Positions 35,490 through 48,239 of a DNA stretch of 62,000 nt are shown piece after piece. The notes under the pieces are model-generated. The model was given only the letters and a program-made list of their open reading frames with translations. It searched no databases and was not told the DNA's origin. Position numbers and translations under genes: made by a program. Each line of letters opens with the position of its first letter. Position 1 is the stretch's first letter. The stretch comes from Lama guanicoe (taxonomy: Eukaryota), in the NCBI GenBank assembly GCA_013239625.1, contig MU053934.1, forward strand, positions 7,397,352 to 7,459,351, given 5' to 3'.

Positions 35490-35640
35490 TTTTTTGTTTT
35501 TTTTTCTTTTGGAGGAGGGTGAGGAGGTAATTAAGTTCATTATTTATTATTAGTTTTTTAAATGGAGGCACTGGGGATTGAACCCAGGACCTCGTGTGTG
35601 CCAAGCACGGGCTCTACCACTGAGCTATAGCCTCCCCTTC
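35490..35640 (-). mobile_element. tRNA-derived SINE (camelid type)
   Basis: ggcactggggattgaacccaggacctcgtgtgtgccaagcacgggctctaccactgagctata; T-rich tail on the left; same family as the copies at 4113 and 7955. Confidence 0.88.
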
Positions 35641-36264
35641 CTTAGACTTTTAAATCACTTTGTTAACCCAAGAAAAAATCTGGTGTTGTCACTCATTTGG
35701 GATATTAATGTCGTTTATAAAACTCTTTTTTCTCTCCCGTGGAGTGCATGGTGCCAGAAGGTTCTCCACGTTACTGAGGAAAACAGAGGTTACTTGACTT
35801 CTTGTGATTCTAGATTTCTAGTGGTTCTAGATTTCTTCGAGAATCTGATGAAAGCCGCAGGCCACATTCCCAGAGAAGCACATGCGTGTGCTCGCGTGCC
35901 CCCCCACCCGACGCACGCAGGCAGAACATTCACTGTAACTAGTTTTGAGGGGTCCCAGATCCCCAGAAGCTCAGTGTAGAGGAACATCCCTCGCTTCGTA
36001 ATGCCAGTCATGAGGAGAAATGGGATTTGAAACACAGAAGTTTCACTTCCTGGCAGCTCATTTAGGAACGTGTTCCCTAAAGCTGGGTGCCCTCCCCACT
36101 CAGACCTCAGACTCACTGCTTTGCCTTCCAGAAGCTTACTGTAGCTCCTTTCCTTTCAGTCCTCAGAACAGCCAGGGAACTTCTAAAAATATTTTCTGAT
36201 TCCAGGTACCCCCCCGCATAATTGATGAAAGAGAGGAAGGGGCAATATTTAAGTTCATTTCCTG

Positions 36265-36270
36265 TTTATT
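36265..36270 (-). terminator. SCUBE1: Candidate distal SCUBE1 poly(A) signal AATAAA
   Basis: TTTATT on + strand at the end of an AT-rich, 3'UTR-like block (36270-36400), about 5.5 kb after the stop. Confidence 0.55.
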
Positions 36271-38229
36271 ATTAAAGTGATTTTCACAAATGTTTACTTA
36301 CATGCATATGTATGAACATGATGGAGAAAATAAAACTTTGAATATTTGAAGCAACTAAAAGAAAAACTTGGTTACACTGATATTTGTCACTCTTGTAGGC
36401 AGAGTGAATGCCAAAGCGCCTGGACGGTACGGTGCCTTCATAGAAGCCCAAAAAGAAGGCCGCGAGCACTGGTCCTCTCGCCCCGCACCTCCCCAGTGGT
36501 GTTCAGATGTCCCTGTTTCCACAGCAGCGTGGGCTGGGGCTGCTCAGACTATTTAAGGTTTTGATCTCAGGGGAGTAAGAGTTTCCCTGCAGATCTATGT
36601 GGCTTCTTGGAATGAAAAGAAAAATACTCGGCACCAGCCTGGTTTCTCTTTTTTCCCCTACTTCTCCACTGAGGGCCACCATGTCCTCTAATGTGTGTGC
36701 TGGGGCCTGTAGGAGGGGCAGGTGGGGAGGGGCACTCGGCACCTTCTAGGGTTGTGCACACTCGGCTGGGAGCATCCAGAACTACTCAGCGTGAGCGCCT
36801 GGCAGGCTCAGTTTGAATAGAAGTGACCTGCCCACCCCGGGGAGAAGGCAGATGCCTGCCTTTTTCTGAATGAGCTTTTAGCACTTGTTCCAGAGGGAGG
36901 GAGGTCACTACGTCCACACCCCCTCCACCCCCTTGCCCTCTCCTCTCTCTGTCCTTCACGTCCCCAACCCTGGGCACTCCACAACCAGGCTGACTTGCTG
37001 ACTTTCCCAATCTGTAGAAGTCAGTGATCAATATTTCACAGAGAGACATGTCTGTCTTTGGGATTACATCTAATTCTCAATCCCATAAATTACTATCGGC
37101 CGTTGGCGTGTCACTTGGCCTCCCAGTCTGAAGAGCAAGTTCAGCCCCACCCACATGTGCAAATGTTCCAGGGCTGAGCCCAGAGCTTGGTGAGAAGCGG
37201 GGGAAGGGGGCGATGCTGGCTCTTCATCTTCCTATTGAGACTTGGGGGTTCAATTTCAGAGTCCATCCAGAGGCTGGGGAGGCCGCAGGGAGACACAGGG
37301 TCCCGTTCTTCGGGGGCCACCTGTGCAGGGTGCCAGGAGGGAGCGTGTGGCCACGGCCACGTGGTCCGGGCCGGGGATGCTCAGCCCTCCTGCGCCCTCT
37401 CCCAGGAGCAAGGCAGGCTGGGCAGGGCGGACTCCAGCTCGGTGCCAGGCACACAGGCAGTGCTCAGGAATTACTCCTGCTGGGGCGGCGGCAGCCGCGG
37501 GAGAGGAGGAACTGTTTGCTCTGTCTGTGGGATGGGCAGTGTCTCTCACCTGTCAAGTCCTTCCGCCTTTGGCCTGAGTGAAGTCAGCTTGGTGCTGTCG
37601 CCCTGGTCAGAAGGGCTCAGCTGTCACCACGTGTATCTCTGGTGAAGAACGGGGGTCTTGACAGAAGATTAAGTTTACCAGGTTGACTAAACTTCCAAGC
37701 ACGGAGTAAAAGAGGCAAAACCAGCCATGGTCCCTGGGGGACGAGAAAGGAACCTCCCTGCTGGAGCACCGGCTGTGCCAGGCCGGGGCAGTGGGGGGCG
37801 AGGGGCGGACTCCGGCGTCCTGGGCGTGTTGGCCGGGCTCCTGGGGTCGGCAGTCGTGGCCTGTGTGCCTCTCCCTCTGCCAGTGGAGGAGGGCGGCCGC
37901 ACCGTGAGGCTGGGCTGGCTGCAGCTTCTCTTTCGGGGTGTCTCTCTTGAAGTGTAGATTGGTGGCCCCAGCTCTGTTCTGCCCGTCCTGCAGGTGCCCT
38001 CCTTCCCCACCCAGGGTCCTGGGAGGCACGAGAAGGTGGGGTGGCCTACTCCTGAGGGGAACACTGAGCTCTGCCACCCAGGCCTCCAGCACCTTTGTCT
38101 CTGTGACCAGTGGGCTTCCCCGGGGACCCCGCCAGCCTCTGGGCTGTGGTCTCTCTGACTTTCCAGGAGCCTAGCGCACAGGTGGTGCTCAGCAAACGTT
38201 CGCTTAATGACTCAGCTTAGTTCAGTGTC

Positions 38230-38235
38230 TTTATT
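38230..38235 (-). terminator. SCUBE1: Candidate intermediate SCUBE1 poly(A) signal AATAAA
   Basis: TTTATT on + strand, about 3.6 kb after the stop. Confidence 0.4.
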
Positions 38236-40978
38236 TTTCAGCTTGGGGGGTGGAGGCGCTGGAAGAATGATTCAACCCCCACAGTGCCACTTCGGCACCT
38301 GCTACAGCTCCAGCAGGCCCGGGCCTCTTGTGGAAAATGGGTGACCGTGGCTGTTTCCGGGAGAACAAGGGTTCAGGTAGTAACACGGGTTTCTAAGAGG
38401 TGCGGGAAAGAGGGTCTCGCTTCAGGCTTTCAAAGTCGGCCTCTGAGGGGAATCACGATCTGGAAGCTTTCTGGCCCAGGTTTCAGTTCTACTTTATCTG
38501 CGTGTCCCCAGCCTACGGGTGGCCAGAGGGAAAGCTACCACCTTGGGCCCCACAGCCTCCTTGAGCCTGTCACCAGAAGTGAGGAGGAGCTGGGAGAGAC
38601 CGAGGAAGGAGGCCACCACCGTTGGCAGGTGCGACCTGCTGTCTGAGAGGGCCTGGGGGAGGAGGAAGGCCAGCGCCGCGGGGCTGCTGCCAGGTAGGAG
38701 AGCAACTGGGAAAACCAAGCCCAATTCAGGGAAGCAGACGAGGCGACCATGACACTCGCTCACGGAGGGCTCGGCCACTAAATCTGAGCAGTCTCCTTCC
38801 CGTTCCTCGGTGCGTTTCTGCGGAAGCAGGGAGTGCCAGGAGGTGCCAGGCCCGCAGGGCAGAGGGCTTCCTCCAGGCCCGCGTCCCCTGGCGACGCAAC
38901 GCTGGGTCCCTCGGTCTCCACTGCCGCCCTCACAGGGCTTCTCCGGTCGCCCCCACGGGAGGCTCCACTGGGGCAGGACCGAGCTCATCAGGACCGCCCG
39001 GCCTTGGCACCTGCTTCAGTTGTGGCCAGCCGGGCAAGCTTTGGCTTCCAGAATTTTGTTCCTTAGCTCCTTCCCTTGGAGTCTATCGACTGGCCAGCCA
39101 CTGAGGGTCTGTGCCAGTGCAGGGCAGGCCCTGGCTGGCATGGGTCTGTGGCTGGTTGAGGCCAATGTCCCGACCAGGGGTGGGATATGCTTCTCTGGCT
39201 CAGCCCTGGGCAGCACGGGACTTACGGATCCCTGTCCTGGGCCAGCCCTTGTCCGCTTTCCTTTCTCTCCACCGCCACCTGGAGCCAGGTGGAACGGCCA
39301 CCTTGCGTCAGCCAATCCACCACCTGCACCCACAACATGGAAACATGAAGAAACACACTTTGTTGTCCGGGGATATCTCCTCCTGGGACCACCAGGCCCC
39401 GCAAAGTGGAGACAGCTCTGCATTTAACACGAGGGACCCCCAGGTTCCCCAGCATGGGGCTAAGGGCCGATGTGGGGACTCAGGACAGACCGCACCCCTG
39501 AACTGTGAGTCCCCCGACAGTGCGGGCGGTGGTTTCACTGAGGCGGGGAGGCTGGATGGTGACTGTATGGGCAGCTGGCAAACCTGGATTGCTGGCTACC
39601 TGGTACCGGGGAAAGGTAAGGAGCCCCACATCTGAGCTGCCCTGTCCTGCTCTGTCTGGGGGACCCTGGGCGGGGTCTGACCACTGTGGTGGCAAGAGAC
39701 ACGGAACGGGGTGGGCTTCCACTGAAAAGGGGGCATAGATGAGTGGGCATGTGGGTGGCAACTGCCAGAAACCCCCAGAGGAGCAGCAGAAAGGCTCAGG
39801 AGAGGGTAGAGCTCTTTCTGGTCCTCTCTGGGTCAAAAAGATCCTTTTGAGAGGATTAAAAGAACCAGCAATCCCTCCCAGTGCCCCGCCGGGGTAGCTG
39901 TTGCCGGGGCTCATCCTGCAGACACTCGTCTCATTTCTGGGGAGGACCAACGCCTTGACACAGGAAGACAGGCCTCTGTTTAGAAACTAAGGCCGGCCTT
40001 CAAGGACGGTGACCAGGGGAGGCGCAGTGCAGCCCGGACGGGCTCACCCACTGACATTGACCTACAAACACGGGCAGCCCGCAGCCTGACCGGATGCTGG
40101 CAGAGAGGCGCTGATGGCAGCGTGGCCGCCCCACCCCTGCTGACACATGTGACAGCAGTGAGCGACTCCTGAGTTCCAGGCCCTGTTCTGGATGGTAAAA
40201 TCCAGCCTGACCTACCTGTCACCCCACCTGGAACTCCCAGGGACCTCACTCGCACCCTCAGTCTTCACACCCTCACGCCACAGCCCTTCTCAAACTGTGC
40301 TGGGTACGTGGGTGTGGGGTGAGGAGGAAACGACCCAGAGGCAACTGGAACGGGGACAGGAGTTCACTTTAAGCTTCGCCTGTGTTCCTTGTGCTTCGGA
40401 ACGTCTGCTAGCCCTGAAGCATGGAGCACATCATGTGCACGGCCTGCAGGTGGCGGCAGGTGGCCTGTCCGCGGTCCTCACCAGCTCCGTCCCAGGCGCT
40501 GGCTCCTGGCTGAGCAGGACACCTTACGGCCTGATCACACGCCAGACTTGGACTTTCCTTTTTCAAAGAGAGACTCTGAGGGAAGCCGGGGGTGTAGCCC
40601 GAAGACTGCACTGGCAGCCAGGCCTCTGCCTGGGCCCCCCCCACCACTTCCTGGTGTCCTGGTGCTCAGAGCACAGCGGTGCTCACAGGGGAAACGCCTT
40701 GCCTCCCAGGGGCACAGCATGACCTCCAAGGTCATGGCCTCAGGTCAGACACAGGCCCCTTCCAGAGTTTACTGCTGGGCCCTGCACCCCCAGCAAGGGG
40801 CCTGAGGGGACACTGCTTTCCACTGCGTGTTTTCTGAGGGCACTACTCCAACAAAGCGCTAGAGCCCAGTTCCCCCAAAATTTGTGTTCCAAAGAGTGTC
40901 CAGGGCCAGCATGCCTTTCCCCAGTCGTGCAGGCTCCTGGCCTCCTGTCACCAGAGGTGGCACGTGCCTGCAGAGCAG

Positions 40979-40984
40979 TTTAAT
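40979..40984 (-). terminator. SCUBE1: Candidate proximal SCUBE1 poly(A) signal ATTAAA
   Basis: TTTAAT on + strand, about 0.8 kb after the stop, just 3' of an AU-rich UGUA-containing block. Confidence 0.5.
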
Positions 40985-41797
40985 CGGTCGGGCTGGTACA
41001 GCCGGGCTCGTGGTCGTGGGTGAAGAGGGGGCTGCGATGAATACTTACAGTTACTAAAGAGAATTTTCCTAAATTACCCACAAATAGGAGTATATATATA
41101 TATGTATATTTATATTTATATGTACACAGTACGTAATAGATGCTCTGTCGTGGGGAAGCACAAACCTACAGTCTCCTAGCACCTCTTCTCTGTCCCGTCA
41201 CAGGGTCCTGAGAGCCCAGCCACACTGGCCCGTGTCCTGGGCCCATGGCCAGAGAAGCCAGCAGGTGTGGACGCCCTGCAGGCACTGACACTGTTTATCA
41301 AAGCCCCTGGCTGAGCCTTCACACACCCCTTCTTCCAGGGCCTGGCCTCCCTGAGACACCACAGCCATGCTCCTCTCTCTCCCGAAGCGCCAGGCGGAGG
41401 GCTCGGGCCACCTCCAAAGGTGAGCTCTGCCCTGGCCCCATCCACGTCGGGGCAGAGCATCCTGGCCCAGGGGGCCCGCTGGTGCCGGTTCAGGAGAGGG
41501 CACTCTTGGTGTCCTGGACCAAACAGGTGGAGGGAGGTGGGGAGGAAGAAAGGCTGCCTTAAGCAATGTTTTCCCACTGGAGCCGGATCGGAGGAGTGCA
41601 GCCGGGTGGGGTCTCTGCCCAGACATGGTCTCGCCCTCCACGGGCTGGTCAGGGATTCCTGTAGGGCACCGCCACGGTGATTTCCCGGGGCAACGTGGAG
41701 GCCCGTGGAGCCGCCTTCAGCTTCTACTGTGGAGGGAAGGAACTCTCCCCTCCCCCGGGATAGCCGGCCATCCCCAAGCAGGGCAGCCCCACCAGCG

Positions 41798-42196
<399 letters not shown>

Positions 42197-44112
42197 TCAC
42201 ATTTTATTTTACAAAGATTTGCTGCAAAACCAAAACAAGACCACCCACCATGTTGAAAACTGGAGAACACGGAGCTGAGAGCAAGACTTTGTAGGCCAAA
42301 GGGCCAGATTGGAAATCGTAGCTCCTCCATCTATTCCCTACTCTGTAACCTCGGGAAAATAGCTCTGCTGCTCTGAATTTCAATTATTCGTCTATATGAT
42401 GGGGTAATGATCTCTCCTCTTAGGACTGTGAGGAATAGGAAGTGCAGTAACGAGAGCCAAGCGCCTGGCCCACGTGGTGCTCAGCACAGGCGAGCAGCGA
42501 GCTCGGGTGTGCTGCCCAGCTGTCCTCACCCAGCGGCCCACGCTCAGCGCGGTCACTTACCAGCTGGGCTCCCTCTCCGAGCCCAGGGTCTTCAGTCCCA
42601 AAAGTGGAGCGGTGCCACCCTGGAGGGGAACCTCGGGGGCAGGCGTGGGGCTGGCTGTGGTCCCCCTGAGGCCCCCAGGCCTGGCAGGGATGTGCTCAGT
42701 AAACGGCGGCCACCGCACCACGCGCTCCCTGCCCCACGCGCTCCTCGTCTCGCGGAGACTTGGGCCGCTGGCGTCTTTGGTCTGACTTGGGCTGGCGCAC
42801 ACGCTCTCTCCCTCTCATGCGTGCACACATGCACCCCTGCCCTTGGGAAACGCTGGTGTTCTTCACACCTGCTGGGCGCAGTGCCAGGCGCCGGGGACAG
42901 CCTGCTGAGCGGGTACCCCTGCGGCTCCTTCCCCACGAGGGGGCGGGGACCAGCGGCTCACAGGACAGACCTACACCACACGGCTGACTGCCAAGGAGGG
43001 CCATGTGGGACCCTCCGAGTGTGACCTGGCTCGGGAGGTTGGGCAGGCTGCCCAGAGGGGGGGGACGCCTGCGCCGAGAGCAGCAGGACGGGTGGACGTT
43101 CACTGAGGAATGAACAGGGAAGAATGTTCTGGAGGCCTTGGCGAGTGGGTGTAGAGGTGGAGGCCTGACTGCCGCTGCAGAGACCAGAATGGGCCTCTCT
43201 GCCTGAGGCTTTGTCTTAAGAGATAGGAACACTTCTAGTTTGGAAAAGCTACTCCCGGCCGCAGGGTGCAGCTGAGGGCAGAGGACGGGCCAGGGGGAGA
43301 GAGTCAGGTATGGTCTACGGGACAGAGTCGGAGTGGCCACGGTGACCCTCTGGTTCCCACTAAACAGACAGGAGCCTAAGGAGGGAGATGAGAGGCTTGG
43401 AGCTCTGAGACCCCCAGGTCTGGTCCGGGTGCAGCAGCGCAGGCTTACAAACTGCCTACTGTGTGCAGGAGTGCACCAGGCCTGGGGCTGGAAGACTCCG
43501 TGAGCCACGCCTGTTTCCCAGATGTGGAGGCGGGGCTCAGAGAGTTGCCAGTGGCCACCCAGCTGAGAAGGGACAGCTGGCGTCGAGTCAGTCTGGAGGA
43601 CTGGCCCAGCCCAGCTCTTGCCCTCTGGGCCACCCTCGGCTCCCAAGCTGAGGGTGCTTTCTGCCCAGGGGCTGAGCTGGGGCCAGAAGCCGAGAGCCCA
43701 AGCAGATCCCTGGGTCTGGCTTCTCATGGTGACAACCCAGGCCCTGACCTGGCCAGTGCCCGCCAGGTTGACGGCCACAGCCCTCGATGTCTCAGTGGCT
43801 CTGTTTCTCAGGACATGAGTAGGATGAGGAAGGAGTCAGTCCCAAAGGTGGCGGTGGAGTCTCCTGATTTTGAGATACCGCCGTGTCAGACTGTCCTCAC
43901 TTCACAGCCGGTCACCAGGTCCTGGGCTCGACCTGGTCTGTCTGGTCCAGCCCTTGCCCCCGGGCCCCTGCCCCCATCACCTTCGTTTCTTCTGGTACCA
44001 CTCCCCTCCCCTCACTCCCGTGCGGGGCTGGGGTTGGGGTAGGGGCTGCGGTGGCCCAGGGGGCCTCTGTCCCAGGATTACGTGGACCCTTCCCATAGAG
44101 AAGCTCACTCAC

Positions 44113-44192
44113 TTTCAGAATTTCCTGGTGATTCTCTGAGGCGTAGAGCCGTCCATCGCGAACGATATCTTCTATTAATTGCTGGTAGTCCT
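44113..44192 (-). CDS. SCUBE1: SCUBE1 penultimate exon
   Basis: [27 protein letters not shown]; 80 nt, AG/GT bounded. Confidence 0.95.
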
Positions 44193-44597
44193 CTGTGAAA
44201 CCCACCAGCAGGGAAGGGAGGAAGGGGAGGGCAGAGGCTGAGGCGAAGACCCTGCCTGCCTCCTGCTGACCGAAGCCTCTGCCCTCCCCTAAGGGCTTCA
44301 GGCTGAGCCCGAGGCCACTCTGCCTCTGTGTCTTTGTCTCCTCCACCCAAATTGGTCTCCTCTAGGTTTGCTTAGCTAGAAAACTCCTATCCAACCCTCA
44401 AAACCCTGCTTGGGCAGCATCCCACATTGAGGTTGGTAAACACCACTAATTGCTCCTCATCTGCACTACCCTGTACCCCTTAAGGGCCTGCCTGTGCCCC
44501 ACCTTCCCCCAAGGCTGGAGCTCCCTGAGGCCAGGGATGTGTGATTTGTCTCTATGTCCCCAGGACCAGCCTGGGCACACAGTGTGACTGCACTTAC

Positions 44598-44750
44598 CGT
44601 CATAGGTGACATAGGGTACTTGGAACCCTTTGCCGCTGTTGCCTTCGTTGGATTTGAACTGGATCCAGAGCTTCCGGGAGCGGGAGGTGAAGGCAATGGG
44701 CCTCTCGTAAGTCTGGCAGGTCTCATAGGTGGTGATGGATGTGGGTGAGG
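44598..44750 (-). CDS. SCUBE1: SCUBE1 exon, CUB domain C-terminal half
   Basis: [50 protein letters not shown]; 153 nt. Confidence 0.96.
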
Positions 44751-46217
44751 CTGTGGGCAGAGGCACGTCACTGCTGAGCTGCCCCAGATCCACAGCTTCT
44801 CACCCGGTCCTATCCCCCTGCATCAGACCTCTTCCCTCCCCACCTACTCAGCCATCTAGCACCCACAGTGTCCAGTCCCCCAAACTCTCCAGCTCGCCAG
44901 TCCCTGTACATGTTCCTTTTGCCTCAAACGCCCTTCCCCACCCTCAACCCCAGTTCCTACTTGTCCCTCTTAAGACCATTTCCATGCCCCCTCCTCCAGG
45001 AAGCCTCTCTGCCTGCTCTGCCCCCCCCCAGGTGCTGTCACCCTGCCAACTGCTCCTCAAGCTCAGGGCTCACGCCTGCCCCCGCACAGAGCCGGGCCTG
45101 CGGTGGAGGGTCTGTCCCATCTCCCGTGAGAGGGTGAACCTCTATGTGAGGGGATGAACAAGGGTGAGCCTGCTGACCCCTGGGGCGCTGGCTGAAAGGT
45201 GCCTCACCTCCTCACTGCTCCCTGGGGGGAGAGTCTCTCAAGGTGGGAGAGGCTGGCTGCCCTGGAGCTCAGCCTTGTGGGCAGGCAGACAGTGGAGAGG
45301 AAGATGCTGGGGACTAGGGAGGGTGGTGGTGGGAGTGGGTGGGCGGGGGATGGTCATGGGCTGGGCGCTGACTGGCTGCAGGGCACTGGGCAGGTGCCTG
45401 GCCCGTCCTGGTCTCAGGTCTCCCACTCACACACTGGGGCTTCCCCGCTCAACAGCCACACCGAGGGGGTCACACGCACACGTGGTAAGAATGCAGCACA
45501 GAGCGGACAGGCCCTCCCCACTCATTCTCCTGCTCCCCCAGCCATTCTCTGTGTAGCAGAGATATTCCAGGCCCCGGTGGGTGTTTTTCTGTCTGCTTGT
45601 GTCCCCTCCTTCCCTAGCGTTCTGACTTGCAGCTCAGCGCTGTGGGCACTGCGGCCCCACTACAGCAGCGAAGCCCCAGTCGAGGCACGTGCCGTAAGGG
45701 ATTCTACCTGGTCCCTGCGGGCACTCAGGGGCTCCCTGCCTTTTTCCCTGCCATGGCCACCTGAGCACGACCTTGTGCTCACCCACTGAGGGGCTGGGCC
45801 GCTGCTCCCAGCCTGAAGTCTCACCCCGAACCAGGGATGGGGGTGATGAGCCGGAAGGCTGCGGCTCTCGGAGGGAAGGGTCCTGTGTGTGCAGGCTGGC
45901 CCTTCACCCTCCCATCCCCTTCCCAAGCACAGAGGGAGGAGAAGGCCCTGCAGAGTAGGAGGGGCTCCTGGTGGCTCACTCTGGATGGTGTGGCAGGATG
46001 TGGCGAAACAACTGGGATGAGAGGCTGGTCTGTGGTCAGTGTCGAGACCGGGTCTGACCAGGCCCTGGTTCCCACACTGAGGACACACCGTGAGCTCCCA
46101 GACCTTTCCATTCGGTCTGCACAGCCCAGCTCCGGGAGTCAGAGGCGAGTGCCCGCGGAGCGGGGCCGAGGGCTGTGGCTGTCTGTGGCCCTGCTGCTGC
46201 ACTCGCCCGGCACGTAC

Positions 46218-46415
46218 CACTCTTCCTCATGACCAGGACGTCGCCGCACTCATCCTCGATGGGCAGGAAGATCTCGGGGACCACGATGAGAATCCTGCGC
46301 TTGGGGGGTGGCGAGATGTGCCACACACACTCGGCGTTGGCCGGGTAGTCTCCAGGGTAGTTGGGGGACTCGATGTAGCCCGTGTAGTCGCCAAGCTCGC
46401 CGCCACAGTGCTGGT
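46218..46415 (-). CDS. SCUBE1: SCUBE1 exon, CUB domain N-terminal half
   Basis: [65 protein letters not shown]; 198 nt. Confidence 0.96.
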
Positions 46416-48077
46416 CTGTGGGCACCGTGGCCGGGGCCCTGGTCAGGCTCGCAGGACGGGAGCCCTGGCTGGCTGGGCTTTCAACAGCCTTGGAGGCCCA
46501 GGGCAGGGCTGGCGGGTGCTTGGCCCCTTCCGTGGCCTGTCTCCACCCGGCCCTCCCCACCGGCCAGCCAGGCCTTGGGCTCGTCCTCCCTGGGGGGCCC
46601 CGCTGAGGGGCAGATCCCTGTTCCCACATTGGTTCTCTGAGACCCAGCCCGAGCGTCTCCTTCTTCCTGGTCACCCTTGGCTGCCTCACCTGCATCTCTG
46701 TGGCTGAGCCCTGTCCTGGCCTCCTGCTGGGAGCCACTCACCGCTCCCCGCCAGCCCCTGCTCTCCTCCTGTGTCTCAGCCAAGGCCAGTGTGCCAACTT
46801 CCCTTTTCTCTCCGCTCACTCATCTGTCCATTCCTTTGCTCAACATCTGCTGAGGGACCCCAGGTGCCAGGTGCGGCAGCCCCCCACAGAGCAGGCAGGC
46901 TCAGGGACCAGCAGGCAACACAGCCAGGGACGGAAGACACGCTTCCCTTCCTCTGCCTTTTTAGCTAAGCCGTGCACCCTGAAACAGGCCGAACGTGACT
47001 CTTTCATTAGCTAGATGGTTCCCAGCCTTAACCTCATAAAGGAAGTCACACAAAGAAAATTGGATGTAAATGTTAAATATGCATAATTTTCTCACACGTT
47101 TTCATTTAAAAATCCTCCCCTCACATCAGCATTTCTGGGAAACGTCTCATTTTCACCTTATCGTTCCAGAAGCTTCCCTCCCACTTGGTTTCCCCACTTT
47201 TCTTCATTAGGACGTTTAAGTGTTGACAACCCTGCTTCTGCTGAGCCCCACCAGGAGGCCACGAGCCCAGGGGGGCAGCCCGGATGGCATCCCCTGTAGG
47301 ATGAAACCCCCTTCGCGAGCCCTCAGTCTGTTCCAACGTGACCGCAGGCCAGGAAAGGGACAACTGGCTGGAATGGATCCGGGAAAAAGTAAAATACCAG
47401 AAACTATGTCCCAAAGGACTCTGGAAAGTGAATGAGAAATCCCTAAAAGAGGGATGGGATCCTCTGTGTGAGGCCCAAGTGACTTGCTCGTGAGGGGCCA
47501 GGACACTAACTCCCAGGTTGCCTTAAGCTGCCCGCGTTTCTTCTGGTTAAACGGAGCTTCTTACAGACATAAAGGGTTCCTCTTGCACCTGCACACCTGG
47601 AACACACTGGGCACCCTGCTTCCTGTTGCTGGGTCCTCTGGTTTGCGCCCACAGGGCAGTCTAGACGGTACGTGCCTTTAGAGCTGCTGGGTCTGGCCCT
47701 GGGCAGCTGCCCCACAAGTCCCCCTGGTATGGGTCCTGGCTTTTCCGTCCACAGACTTAGAGCCTCGAGCAGGGCCTGGCCTGGCACTGAGGCACGGGTC
47801 GCCCCAGTGAGCGACAGGAACCAATGAACGACCATGCAATCAGGTTGCTCCATGGAACACAGAGCACGCGCACCCCACACCATGGGGCTCCTGACGACAA
47901 AGGGTTCCCTCGGGTGTCTGTCCCACTGAGTGGATGTGCGGATGTGACAGAGCAGGGAGGAGTCACCAGTCACCCCATGGACACGATGCGAGGTCGGGGC
48001 TCACTGCACCCCCCATGACCTGCCCCTGGTCCCCCTGGCATTCCCAGCTCCCTGGCCATGGGAAGAGTAGCACCTAC

Positions 48078-48239
48078 TTTTGCAGTGTGTGACGTTGGTG
48101 GAGCCATCGAAATCGGTGCTGGTGTTGCCTGGACAGGTGATGCAGTGGTTCTGGCCAAACTCGGGCTGGTAGGTGCCGACAGGGCAGCGGATGCACCGGT
48201 GGATGGTGGTGTTGTAGTAGTGGCCGGGGGAGCAGTGCA
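48078..48239 (-). CDS. SCUBE1: SCUBE1 exon, Cys-rich repeat 3
   Basis: [53 protein letters not shown]; 162 nt. Confidence 0.96.

Noticed and set aside
42696..43778. 360-aa ORF in the last SCUBE1 intron
   Set aside because: No recognisable domain, GC-driven composition, no supporting exon structure
45492..45514. REST/RE1-like CAGCAC...GGACAG
   Set aside because: Half-site spacing is non-canonical and the left half is mismatched
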